Assembly: GCA_963803435.1 (NCBI GenBank)
Contig: CAWDML010000001.1
Coordinates: forward strand, 832,001 to 896,000
Source of the DNA: an uncultured delta proteobacterium
GTDB taxonomy: Bacteria > Myxococcota > Kuafuiibacteriia > Kuafuiibacteriales > Kuafuiibacteriaceae
DNA length: 64,000 bases
Reading direction: 5' to 3'
Below, piece after piece: positions 9,801 through 18,660 of the stretch. Positions within the stretch are counted from its first letter, which is position 1. Each line of letters starts with the position of its first letter. Below the pieces are notes generated by a model, which saw nothing but the letters and a program-made list of their open reading frames with translations, ran no database searches and was not told the DNA's origin. Made by a program: the position numbers and the translations under genes.

Positions 9801-10915
9801 AGCTGATCGTGCATGCCGCGCGGCGGGTCTTTGCGGGCGCCGGACGGAAGAATCCGAGGCTCGAGGAGGCCTCGCGGGCGGCGGGGCGGCTGGCTAAGCT
9901 ATGGGCGCATCGCCCCAGCCCGACGCGCCTGATCTCGATGGCGCTGCTGGCGGAGAACCTCGCGCAGCGGATCGGCCAGCGGAACGTCTACGCGCTCGGC
10001 CTGCTCGGCTATGCGACCGGCATGCTCGGGCTCAAGAAGCTCCCCGCCTCCTACTTCGCGCGGGCGCGCGCGATCGAGGACAAGAACGAAGATAGCGTGG
10101 AGGCCTTCGTCATGGAGGCGATGTCGCTCGGCGCCGCCGGACGCCGCGCGGAGTGCCTGCGCACGATCGATGAGGGCCTGGAGCTGGCGCGTACGCTCGG
10201 CGACCGGTTCGGCGGGGCGTCGCTCGAGGCGGTGCGCGGCCTGACCTGCTGGCTGTTCGGGAGCGTGGGCGAGGTCTCGGCCTGCTACGACCGGGCCGTG
10301 CGCGCGCTCGAGACCGGCGACTCGGGCCACCTGGCCACCTTCGAGGTGGGGCAGGCGCTGGGACGCTACCTGGACGGCGAGGTCGTGGAGGCCGCCCGCA
10401 TCGCCGAGAGCGCGCTGGGCCGGATCTCTCAGATCGACCACTCGATCCGGTGCTCCGGGCTGGCGGTCCACGGTCTGGTCCAGCTCGAACTCGGCAACGT
10501 GTCCGCCGCCGTGCACGCGGCCGAGAGCATCGTCGCCATCTTCGACGACGGCAGGCTGATCGCGCCCATCTTCTTTCACGTGCCCATGCTGTGCTTCGAG
10601 GCGCAGCTCGCCGCCGGGAACGACCGGGAGCTGGAGCGCATGCTGGCGTTCGAACGGGCGTGGATGCGCAACGCGCCGCTGGCCGAACCGCAAGTCTACC
10701 TGCACGAGGGCAAGATGCTCCGCCGGCGCGGCGACGACGCGGGCGCGCGGCGGACCTTCGAGCTGGGGACGGCGGTCGCGAAGCACCTGGCGTCGCCGGC
10801 CTACGAGGGGCTGTGCTGGATGGAGCTGGAGCGCCCGGACAAGGCGGCCGCGCTCTTCGAGGAGGCGGGCTTCGCGCTCTACCTGCGCAAGGCGCGCGCT
10901 CTCCACAGCAGGTAG
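6884..10915 (+). CDS. Ser/Thr kinase + degenerate second kinase + AAA/STAND ATPase + TPR-like repeats
   Basis: GEGGMGRVY, HRDFKPEN, DFG, YMAPE; second lobe LRHPNI..YLHRSGIAHGDL; Walker A GESGVGKS; IEDVHWA; GNAFFLVE; FSHDKLRE. GTG start inferred. Confidence 0.9.
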   Translation: MSSATTVSGRAPVSRRRDHPQELGRYLVRELIGEGGMGRVYRAYDPRLDRDLALKVLHRSERGDADWSVVLIREARALARLAHPHVIAVYDVGLVDEDVFIAMELVQGISLRAWLDESKRPWRDVVRLFIQAGRGLAAAHDAGLIHRDFKPENCLFGRDGRVRVLDFGLVQRTKRARPEPDEPSDTFRSLLAGKKDVDFDSDLAGTPRYMAPEMFRGDEVTEHVDQFAFSVALWEALTGSHPFPFETVFQFVFAVTDGKPPRVPERSELPAWALDVLRRGLLADPHARYPSMSAILAELEDGLSQLKPRAPRLGWRYERAGDGRARDRLSSHNVAIEETGVRLADETLRRLSSLRHPNIAPILDFASGPEGTHLVLELPEGTSSIADLTDRPLAVIVPYLVQMLRGIDYLHRSGIAHGDLRAEHVRVLSSHVLLTGLSAASGDRAGDVEAAAGIVRAAAGGVLDSDRAFESVAALAEALAEESGQPVDLETPETRESILQTAPLIGRSGELAELSTALDEAFAARGSAIAIAGESGVGKSRLLRELAVIAQCRGALVLTGRTEAARGRPFAAWREPLSALALATPLSDEEASAFRTALPDLEQLLERSIAVPPELPASTMQAKLRSAVLSVVARHDRPVVLMIEDVHWARSESRELLEGLSQHARGTRLLLVSSIRDDEENTTGDLVAAPRTIQLGRLDRESMSALGASVLGEAAERPAIARFLERETEGNAFFLVEAMRALAEEAGGLDRIASLPEPPKDAGGGSRRALERRLSRVVASDWSLLELAALSGRQIDCALLTRLRADADLPAWLSRCERSTVLERRDGVHHFSHDKLRESITERIGLERAAALHREIAQALEQLYSDAAAPGLTEHFGKAGDRAREAHYAQVAGMQALRSSAAEARLYLERAAALLEDGDGSVELARIHRCLGEASYQLADFDGADQHLSRALALADHPPPRSSVGWLMLALGQLIVHAARRVFAGAGRKNPRLEEASRAAGRLAKLWAHRPSPTRLISMALLAENLAQRIGQRNVYALGLLGYATGMLGLKKLPASYFARARAIEDKNEDSVEAFVMEAMSLGAAGRRAECLRTIDEGLELARTLGDRFGGASLEAVRGLTCWLFGSVGEVSACYDRAVRALETGDSGHLATFEVGQALGRYLDGEVVEAARIAESALGRISQIDHSIRCSGLAVHGLVQLELGNVSAAVHAAESIVAIFDDGRLIAPIFFHVPMLCFEAQLAAGNDRELERMLAFERAWMRNAPLAEPQVYLHEGKMLRRRGDDAGARRTFELGTAVAKHLASPAYEGLCWMELERPDKAAALFEEAGFALYLRKARALHSR

Positions 10916-11580
10916 ATGTAGAGCGAGTCGAAGAACGCGATCCCCCCGTACAAGAAGTAGAGGAAGTGTTGTGAGCCCAGGCCGTCGTTCACCAGCGGCA
11001 CCAGGTAGTAGCACTGCACCGACGCGCCCAAGCTCCCGATCGCCTTGAGCCAGGCCGCCGACCAGGACAGCCCTCGCCCGTCGCGCCGCTCCAGGACCAT
11101 GAAGACGAAGAGCACGCTCATGACGAAGTTGATGATGTAGGCGGAGATCAAGCCGAGAGGGTCGCGGATCGACTGGCGGAAGGACTCGTGCCCGATGACC
11201 GACAAGATCAACGCCACCGCCATGACGAGGTTGAAGTGCTTCTTGACCTCTGGGATGCGCTGATTCTCACGGCCGTACTTGAACACCTGGTAGATGATGA
11301 AGACGTCCATCACGAACCAGGAGCGATCGAGCAAGATCCACAGCTCGTTGGGGATCGGCGCGAAGAAGGAGTACAGCAGCTCCCAGGTGATGTTCAGGCA
11401 GACGGCGACCAGCGGGACCCCGTAGGCCTGATCCTTCTTCGACTGCCGGAACATCTGTACGTAGGCGACGGTCCAGAGGGCGCAGGCGATACCGCCGATG
11501 ATGTTGTAGGGCTGCCAGATCTCGAGCGCGCCGTTCTCGTACGCGGCCTGACTCACCTCGAAGAACTGCCTCGCCACCAT
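10879..11580 (-). CDS. Integral-membrane terpene cyclase-like protein (PaxB/Pyr4/XiaE/DmtA1 type)
   Basis: About 233 aa, about 7 TM; motifs WTVAY, YGVPLVAVCLNITWE, RRDGRGLS..AWLKAIGS, FFDSLYI. Confidence 0.75.
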   Translation of the reverse strand: MVARQFFEVSQAAYENGALEIWQPYNIIGGIACALWTVAYVQMFRQSKKDQAYGVPLVAVCLNITWELLYSFFAPIPNELWILLDRSWFVMDVFIIYQVFKYGRENQRIPEVKKHFNLVMAVALILSVIGHESFRQSIRDPLGLISAYIINFVMSVLFVFMVLERRDGRGLSWSAAWLKAIGSLGASVQCYYLVPLVNDGLGSQHFLYFLYGGIAFFDSLYIYLLWRARALRR

Positions 11581-11631
11581 GGTCCCCGACGGAAAGTAGC
11601 CGAGGACTCGAACCAGTGCCATCTTTCGGCC

Positions 11632-12759
11632 GTGCGAGCGGAAGTGCTGACGGACGACTACCTGAACCGGATGAGAGAGGTCGGCGACGAGACCGCGGAC
11701 GAGACGATCACGCGCCTCTTCCACAGCGGCGACACCGACGCGGTAAACCGGATGATGCGGCACCTGGTGAACAACGATCAGATCCAGTCGGGAGACTTTT
11801 CGCAGCTCCCGCAGGAGATCGCGGACTATCTCATGATCATGGACCAGGTCCCGCTCCCCGACGCGGAGGCGACCCGGATCGCGCAGCGCGTCTTCGCTGA
11901 TCACGGGCCGGAGATCCTGATGGTCCTCGGCTTCTATTCGCTGCCCGCCTCCTACGCTGCCGCGAAGGGAGTCCAGGTCCTCGATCGCACCGCCAAGCTG
12001 GTGAGAGGTCCGCTGCGCCGCGTCTTCGAGACGACGCAGATGGTGATCGACGTGGCGATTCCGGGCGGCCTCGGCAAGGGCGGTCGCGGGCTCGCCACCG
12101 TCCGCAAGGTGCGCCTGATGCACGCCGCCGTGCGCCATCTCCTGCAGGCAGATCCCAGGACCCCCTGGGACAGGTCGTTCGGCAAGCCGATCAACCAAGA
12201 GGATCTGGCAGGGACGATGACCACGTTCTCGTACCTGATCGTCGAGGGCCTGACGAAGCTCGAGGCGGAGCTGAGCGCGGAGCAGCGGGAGGCCTGGCTC
12301 GTCTTCTGGGGCGGCGTCGCGCGCATGCTCGGACTGCTCGACGCGCTCATCCCCGACACGCTCGACGGGTTCGAGACGCTGACCCGCGTGATCCAGCGGC
12401 GTCAGATCCACCCGACCGCAGAGGGACGCCAGCTCACGGCGGCGCTGATCGGCATGTACGACGAGATCATTCCGGGGACCCTCTTCGACGGCTTCGCCCC
12501 CACGCTGATGCGCGAGTTCCTCCCCGAGGACGTGGCCGACGGCCTGGGCATCCCCAAGGCCGACTTCACCGAGTGGATCTGGAAGGCGACCGGCGCCGCC
12601 CTGCACTGCAAGCTGACCGAGGGTCCGATCCGCACCCTGATCCGCCGCTTCAACATGGCGTTCCTCGCGGCCATGCGCGCGCAGGAGCGCGCAGGCGAGC
12701 GTCCGCCCTTCGACATTCCGGACGATCTGGCGGACGGCTGGCGCGAATCGAAGAGCTGA
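11632..12759 (+). CDS. MpaB/Lcp-like heme oxygenase (DUF2236 family)
   Basis: GDETAD, SLPASYAAAKG, RRVFET, KVRLMHAAVRHLL, PINQEDLAGT, ARMLGL. Confidence 0.88.
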   Translation: MRAEVLTDDYLNRMREVGDETADETITRLFHSGDTDAVNRMMRHLVNNDQIQSGDFSQLPQEIADYLMIMDQVPLPDAEATRIAQRVFADHGPEILMVLGFYSLPASYAAAKGVQVLDRTAKLVRGPLRRVFETTQMVIDVAIPGGLGKGGRGLATVRKVRLMHAAVRHLLQADPRTPWDRSFGKPINQEDLAGTMTTFSYLIVEGLTKLEAELSAEQREAWLVFWGGVARMLGLLDALIPDTLDGFETLTRVIQRRQIHPTAEGRQLTAALIGMYDEIIPGTLFDGFAPTLMREFLPEDVADGLGIPKADFTEWIWKATGAALHCKLTEGPIRTLIRRFNMAFLAAMRAQERAGERPPFDIPDDLADGWRESKS

Positions 12760-12765
12760 TCCCGA

Positions 12766-13494
12766 TCAGGCTTCGCCGGGCAGACAGCCCGCGAGCATCT
12801 CGGTGGCGGGGCCGCGCAGGTGGCGGTGGTAGTGCTCCGACATCGGCGTGTCCTCCGGGTTGATCTCGACCAGAGTGGCGCCTGCACGTTTTGCGATCAG
12901 CGGCAGCTCCGCGGCCGGATACACGACCGCGGAGGTCCCGATCGACACCAGCAGATCGCAGCTCGAGAGCTCGGCCTCGACGGCGTCGAGCACCTCCGGG
13001 GAGAGCGTGTCGCCAAACCACACGATGTCGGGTCTCTTGTACTCCCCGCACGGGCAGCGGATCGAAGCCAGCGGCGCCGCCCGGTCGAGCTCTCGCTTGC
13101 GGCAACCGCGGCAGCGGGTCCGCCACAGGCTGCCGTGGAGCTCGAGCACCTTCTCGCTGCCGGCCAGCTGGTGGAGACCGTCGATGTTCTGGGTGACCAC
13201 GACGACGCTCTCGAGCACCTTCTCCGCCCTCGCGACCACCTCGTGACCGAGGTTCGGCCGGCACTGCGACACCAAGAGGCGGCGGTAGTTATGAAACTCC
13301 CAGACGCGCTCCGGATCCCGCTCGAATGCCGGCTCGCAGGCGCACTGTTGCCAGTCGTACTCCTTCCAAATGCCACCCTTGCCCCTGAAGGTAGGCACGC
13401 CGCTCTCTGCCGACATGCCGGCACCTGTGAAGAACACGATCCGTCGGAAGTCGGAGAGCTGGAGGGACGATGCATTTTTCACGCGGCCGTGCAT
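12766..13494 (-). CDS. cobB: NAD-dependent protein deacylase (sirtuin)
   Basis: TGAGMSAESGVPTFRG, TQNIDGLH, ELHGSL, two Cys pairs, RPDIVWFG, GTSAVVYPAA. Confidence 0.93.
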   Translation of the reverse strand: MHGRVKNASSLQLSDFRRIVFFTGAGMSAESGVPTFRGKGGIWKEYDWQQCACEPAFERDPERVWEFHNYRRLLVSQCRPNLGHEVVARAEKVLESVVVVTQNIDGLHQLAGSEKVLELHGSLWRTRCRGCRKRELDRAAPLASIRCPCGEYKRPDIVWFGDTLSPEVLDAVEAELSSCDLLVSIGTSAVVYPAAELPLIAKRAGATLVEINPEDTPMSEHYHRHLRGPATEMLAGCLPGEA

Positions 13495-13508
13495 GCTAGC
13501 ATGACCAG

Positions 13509-14889
13509 ATGCGGCTGCGGTTCATGCACCCCGCGATCGGCGAGGTCGCGTTTCCCGTGAAGGTCGACAGCCAGATCGTGATCGGGCGGCGAGGCGGCGG
13601 GGCCGGCATCGAGCTCAACTGGGACAAGCGCATCTCCCGTCGCCACGCCGCGCTCCGGGTCACCCCGACGGGCGAGCTCTTCTTCATGGACCTGGGCAGC
13701 AGCAACGGGAGCCACTACGGGACGCGGCGGATCGAGGGCGAGATCCGCTTCGAGCGGGGCATGAGCATCCTGATCGGGGAGACGGTGATGATCCTCTCCG
13801 AGACGGACGATCACCTGGACGATCCCTGGGGATCCGAGTCGACCGACAAGAGGAGCGAGCAGGAGGCCGAGATCGTCCACTCCGCCGCCGAGGATCTCCT
13901 CTTCGAAGCGATCGACATGACCACCAAGGAGCTGCGCGCTCCCGACACCAGCATCCCGATCCTCGAACCGGAGCCCGACGAGGCCGACCACGTCCCCACC
14001 ACGATCGCGCGCTTCGTCGCCTACGACCGGGTCGAGGCGCTCTTCGCCGATCGCGGGACGTTCCGGGTCTTCTGGCAGAACGAGCTCTCGCGGACGGGTC
14101 TGTTCGTCGCCACCGAGAGCCCGCCGCCCTTCGGATGCCGCGTCGACGTGCACATCGCGACGCCCGACGGCGCCATCGATTCTCACGACCTCGGTGGTCC
14201 ACGTGGTGGATCCGCCGGCGGCGCGGCGGTTCGGCATGTCGCCCGGCGTCGGGCTGCAGGTGAACGATCTGAACCTCGAGCTGCGCGAGCGCCTCGAACG
14301 CTACGCGCTCGGCGAGCGAGAGACGCTGTCGCTTCACACGGGCGACGTGGTGGTCGACGTCGACGCGGTGCTCGATCGCGCCCGCGAGGTGCTGGTGGCC
14401 TACGACGCCGGCCGTTACTACGAGGCGCTCCAGATCGACCCGGCCTCCGCCCCCGACGAGCTGGCCGAGCGCATCCGGCAGCTCGAGTCCTACCTCATGC
14501 AGGAGAACCATCTCGGAGGCGCCCAGCGCGCCCGCCTGGACGCCGCCCTCACCGTCCTGGGGAAGATGAGCGCGGTCCTGGGCGTGCCGCAGCGACGTCT
14601 CCAGTACGACTTCCGCGCCGGCCACGTTCGGCCCGAGATGCGCCTGGTGGCCGCGGAGCAGGGGACCGGACCCTCCGTCGCCGAGCTGCGCAAGGCGTGG
14701 AACTTGGTGTTCCCGGACCGCGTCGATCAATCGGCCGTGCTGATGCGACAGGCCTTCGCCGCCTCCCACCAGCGCGATCTGGTGACCGCGATCCACTACG
14801 GGACCGAGGCCCTCGAGCTCAACCCGTTCTTCGAGCAGCTGCGGAGCTACCTCCGGCAGTGGGGCGCCGCCGCCATCGAGCAGGAGTGA
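13509..14889 (+). CDS. FHA + PilZ-like + J-domain-like/TPR protein; frameshift at about 14180
   Basis: FHA (IGR..ISRRHA..DLGSSNG); NELSRTGLFVAT...VVHV...GVGLQ; YYEALQI..RRLQYD. Removing one T from GATTC at 14178-14182 restores the frame. Confidence 0.78.
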
Positions 14890-14892
14890 GCC

Positions 14893-16026
14893 TCACTCGT
14901 CTCGACACCGCGGTCCCGCGGTGCCGATCAGCGCCTCCATCACGGGCGCGTACCAGCCCCACATCAAGCGCTCCTCGAAGGAGCCTCCGAGCCAGGCGCG
15001 CGCCCGGCGAAACGCCAGCAAGCCCTTCCGCCGTGGATCGCCCAGCTCGACGGTCGAGTCGACCATGTCTCCGGCAAAGTAGTACGCGCCCGGGCGCCGG
15101 GTGAGCGCCGGAAAGCGGAGCGGGAGCCCGTGCTTGGTCAGCTCCTCGGCGCCCGCGCGATTCACGTCCACTTGGTACTGGTACACGACGTCGGCGGTGG
15201 TGGCGTCGACCACGTCGAGCCAGAAGTAGAACGAGCCTTCGCGTGGCAGACCTGCGAGCTCGGGCGCCTCCTCGGTGCGGTGCATCGTGACGATCCGATC
15301 CGCGTTTTCAAAATGCAGGCTGGGTTGCAGAACGACCATATCGACGTCGTCGCGGACGAAGATCAGCGCCGGCCCGGTCACGTCGAACGGGCGGCCGAAG
15401 ACGCGCTCGTAGACCCGTCCGATCCAGGGCGGCACCTCGTTCTCGTCGCGTACGTTCGGCCAGTAGCGGGCCACCCAGTGGGTCCAGTGCACGCCGAACA
15501 GCGCCTCGAGCCTCGCGCGCGCGGCGTCGCCGGTCGGAGAGGCGAAGGCGTTGAACTCGGCGATGGCGGTACCGCAGCCTCCCACGAACGAATCGATCGC
15601 CTGCGCCTCGGCGACGGTGAAGCCGCCGTAGATCTTCTGCGAGCGCTCGAGCGCAGCCACCCCCGGCACCTCGTAGTCGCCTCGGTAGACGCCGCAGGTG
15701 TCCGCGACGAACAGAACCTTTGCGCCCTGAAGATGGTCCGCGGTCAGATCGTGGCCGCGCTTGGCCGTCGGATCGAAGCCCACGTAGTCGGAGGCCGGGT
15801 CGAGGAAGCGGCCGTCGGGGGTTCCGATCTTCCACGCTTCGAGCAACCAGTCGAAGTTCTGGTGTTCGCGGTAGTTCTGGAAGGGGACCGTCTTGTCGAC
15901 GATCACGACGTTCATCGGTCGGAGCGGCCAGAGCTCCCAGGCGATCCGCGGCACGACGAACAGCCCCAGGACCACCGCGCCGAGGAACGCGAGCCGCCAG
16001 AGCCGCCTCCGAAGCACCGGATCCAC
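14893..16026 (-). CDS. Membrane-anchored hypothetical protein
   Basis: N-terminal TM, then VVIVDKTVP..YREH, AEFNAFASPT, YYFAGD; coherent globular composition. Confidence 0.7.
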   Translation of the reverse strand: MDPVLRRRLWRLAFLGAVVLGLFVVPRIAWELWPLRPMNVVIVDKTVPFQNYREHQNFDWLLEAWKIGTPDGRFLDPASDYVGFDPTAKRGHDLTADHLQGAKVLFVADTCGVYRGDYEVPGVAALERSQKIYGGFTVAEAQAIDSFVGGCGTAIAEFNAFASPTGDAARARLEALFGVHWTHWVARYWPNVRDENEVPPWIGRVYERVFGRPFDVTGPALIFVRDDVDMVVLQPSLHFENADRIVTMHRTEEAPELAGLPREGSFYFWLDVVDATTADVVYQYQVDVNRAGAEELTKHGLPLRFPALTRRPGAYYFAGDMVDSTVELGDPRRKGLLAFRRARAWLGGSFEERLMWGWYAPVMEALIGTAGPRCRDE

Positions 16027-16084
16027 CCGGGCATCATAGCGTTGACCAGCCCTGGAGCGATCTCCACACTCACCCCCGCAGTCC

Positions 16085-17278
16085 ATGGAGGCCGTCGCAG
16101 TCCATGAAGAGGCGGAGCCAGGCGATCGAAGCCGGTATCAGCTTCAAGAGCGGGAAGAGCGCCACCTGATCTGTACCAGCGCGGCGAACATCAAGCTCTT
16201 CGTCGAGCGCGGACTGTCGATCTCCGCGAGCACACGGCGCCGCTACCCCGACCAGAGCATCTTCCTCGACGGGGCCTACAGCGAGGCGCCCTTCCTCGAC
16301 AACGAGAGCCGGCAGTACTCCCTCGATCACCACGCCGGCTGCATCCGCGGCTTCACGCTAGCGACCTGCGAACAGGCCGTCGTGATGTTGCTCCAGGGGC
16401 TTCCGCTCGACGAGGGCGAGTGGCGGCTCTACATCAACGAACCGGACCTCGACGCCCTGCTCTCCGCGTGGGTGCTCATGAACCACACCGAGCTACTGCG
16501 GAACGAGAGCGCGCTGCTGGAGGCGGCGATGCCGATCATCCGCGTGGAGGGCGTCATCGACGCCCACGGGCTCGAGCGATCCGTGTTGACCGGCCTGCCG
16601 CGCGAGATCTATCGGCGCCGCCGCGAGGAGATCGACTTGCTCTCCACGGACGAGCGGCGGCTCAAGGCCAGCGGCGAATGGACCACCATCGATCTGGTCG
16701 AATACGCGCGCGGAATGCTCGACGCGATCGATCGCCTCCTCGTCCCCGAAGAGCAGCTCGACGAGCTCCTCTCCACCGAGCTCATCGAGGTGGGGCGGGC
16801 GGTGCTCCCGCACAACAAGATCGCCCTGCTCTGCCGCTCAGGCCGCGGCATCTACGCGGTCGAGAGCGATCTCAAGGCGCGCTACGAGCGCCAGCTCGGG
16901 GTGATCATCCTCGACCAGGGCGACGGACGCTTCACGCTGCGCCAGGTCGATCCGTTCCTCACCAAGAACCTCCAGGCGCTCTACGAGCTCTTGAACGATG
17001 AGGACGCCAACGTCCACGACGACAACACCTGGGGCGGCTCGACCGACATCGGCGGATCGCCCCGCGACGGCGGCAGCGCGCTCACCGGCGAGGAGATCCT
17101 CGTCCTGCTCGGCGATTGCTACGCCGAGCGCACCTGGTGGAGCCGTCTGTGGCGCACGGGTGGGCGGCGATGGCGGAGATGGCGCGCGCAGTCCCCATCC
17201 TCGGGCGAAACGGCGCTGGTGGTGGTCGAGAAGAACACCGCGTTGAGACGCCTCTGGCGCTGGCTCGTGGAGCATTAG
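16085..17278 (+). CDS. Hypothetical protein with DHH-phosphoesterase-like motifs
   Basis: YSLDHH, PDLDA, IDAHG, WGGSTDIGGSPR. Confidence 0.6.
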   Translation: MEAVAVHEEAEPGDRSRYQLQEREERHLICTSAANIKLFVERGLSISASTRRRYPDQSIFLDGAYSEAPFLDNESRQYSLDHHAGCIRGFTLATCEQAVVMLLQGLPLDEGEWRLYINEPDLDALLSAWVLMNHTELLRNESALLEAAMPIIRVEGVIDAHGLERSVLTGLPREIYRRRREEIDLLSTDERRLKASGEWTTIDLVEYARGMLDAIDRLLVPEEQLDELLSTELIEVGRAVLPHNKIALLCRSGRGIYAVESDLKARYERQLGVIILDQGDGRFTLRQVDPFLTKNLQALYELLNDEDANVHDDNTWGGSTDIGGSPRDGGSALTGEEILVLLGDCYAERTWWSRLWRTGGRRWRRWRAQSPSSGETALVVVEKNTALRRLWRWLVEH

Positions 17279-17363
17279 GTTTCTAACCGCCGCTTGGTGG
17301 GGATTTTTGCACGGAAGCCTCGGAGCACGCATGTAGCTACGCGGTACTGTCGAGAGTCGAGAG

Positions 17364-18050
17364 GTGCGCCGGCCCAAGCCGGTGAGGTGCTGATGGTGAA
17401 AGTCCATTGCAGGAAAGGAGTAGCGATCCACCCTGGCCCCCGAGTCATGCGTGCGTGCCCGCAAGGGCGCGGGCGAAGCGTTGACAGGGGTGCGTGCGGG
17501 CTCGGTATTGAGCCACGAAATCTCTCTGTTCCCGGTGGCCGACCCTGTCTCTTGAGGGGGAAGGCAACATCGCGGTCGCCGTCACGCGAGGCGGCCGGGG
17601 CGCCGGCGGGGTCAAAGACCCGGTGCACGCACGCAGGCACTTCACACGGAAGCCGGGAGATCCCGCCGCTGACCGCGAACGATGGAGCGCGGTCCGCAAA
17701 TCGAACCCGAGAGGGCAATGAGGCGATGAACGGCGGCGGGAAGTCGGACGACTCCGTACTACCTGGGAAGCTCGCGAACAACGGCGATGATGCGTCACCG
17801 CTGGCGGAGCGAGTGGAGGGAAGGGAGTCGGCCAAGGGGAACTCGGACGGGCAAAACAGGGACCGCGCGCAGAAGCAGGCTGCCCTGCAAAGCAAGCTCG
17901 ACCGGGTACGGCAGAAAGCGAAAAAGGAAAAGGAGACACGGTTCACGACGCTCTGGCACCATGTCTATGACGTCGACCGCCTCCGCGAGGCTTATTTCGG
18001 TCTCGAGCGCCGGAGCGCAGCGGGTGTGGACGGCGAGACGTGGCAGCGCT
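17364..18050 (+). mobile_element. Group II intron copy 2, truncated at its 3' side
   Basis: GTGCG at 17364; candidate EBS2 at 17522-17530 and EBS1 at 17549-17554 in a CCCT/AGGG stem; RT ORF breaks at 18050. Confidence 0.88.
17726..18050 (+). pseudogene. ltrA: N-terminal fragment of group II intron reverse transcriptase/maturase
   Basis: MNGGGKSD..., RFTTLWHHVYDVDRLREAYFGLERRSAAGVDG (RT0 region); no YADD follows. Confidence 0.88.
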
Positions 18051-18515
18051 CTCGTTGTTACCGGGACAAACGCCGGCCCAAGCAGCGAGGTGCTTGGCGC
18101 TGGGGAACCAGCTCATGTCGATGCCGATCTCCGAGATGATCGACGCAGCCGTGATTGCATCGATCCCCGGGATAGTCATCAGGCGCTTCTGCTGCGCGGC
18201 ATACGGTGTCACCTTCTCGCGGATCCTGTCTTCGATGATGGCAACGTCGCGATCGACCGCGTCCAAGCGACGAAGCTGTGCTTCGAGCAGGAAGCGGTGC
18301 CTTTCCTCGAACCGCCCCTCGAGCGCGAGGGCGAGATCGAAGGCTTTCTTGCGGAGCTTCCCTCGAGCAAGCGCGGCCAGTTCCTTCGCATCCGTCGTTC
18401 CGGCGACGAGCGCTCGGAGCATCAACATCCCGGACGCCCCGAAGACATTCGACGCTACGCTCGCGAGCTTGATGTTCGCCGTTTCGAGCAGCTTGAGAAG
18501 CCTGTTCCGCTCGGA
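18044..18515 (-). pseudogene. Internal fragment of IS110-family transposase
   Basis: NRLLKLLETANIKLASVASNVFGASG...LMTIPGI...EIG.DMSWFPSAKHLAAWAGVCPGNNESA; both termini missing. Confidence 0.9.
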
Positions 18516-18553
18516 GGCTGACCCGCGCAACCAACTCGAAACCGCGTCCGAAT

Positions 18554-18588
18554 CTGTCGACTGTCAACCGTGGACTGTCGACGGTTGG
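18554..18588. repeat. Degenerate 7-bp tandem repeat (CTGTCGA-like)
   Basis: ctgtcga ctgtcaa ccgtgga ctgtcga cggttgg; same unit type at 17347-17363 and 350-365. Confidence 0.65.
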
Positions 18589-18660
18589 AGCCCAGCAGAG
18601 CCCGGGCCCATTTTCTTCCTTCGTGCTGTCCTGTCCGCGGGACGTGGAGTCTGGCTAGCG

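Noticed and set aside
6707-9814. Long antisense or alternate-frame ORFs (also 31261-33552, 37659-40538, 50276-51934)
   Set aside because: Shadows of real genes caused by high-GC codon bias; no recognisable motifs.
17274-17340. Integron attC-like start (TCTAAC)
   Set aside because: No matching GTTRRRY end or bottom-strand hairpin, and no cassette array.
18521-18533. tRNA-like 3' end acccgcgcaacca as a possible att site
   Set aside because: Too short, with no T-arm upstream and no integrase nearby.
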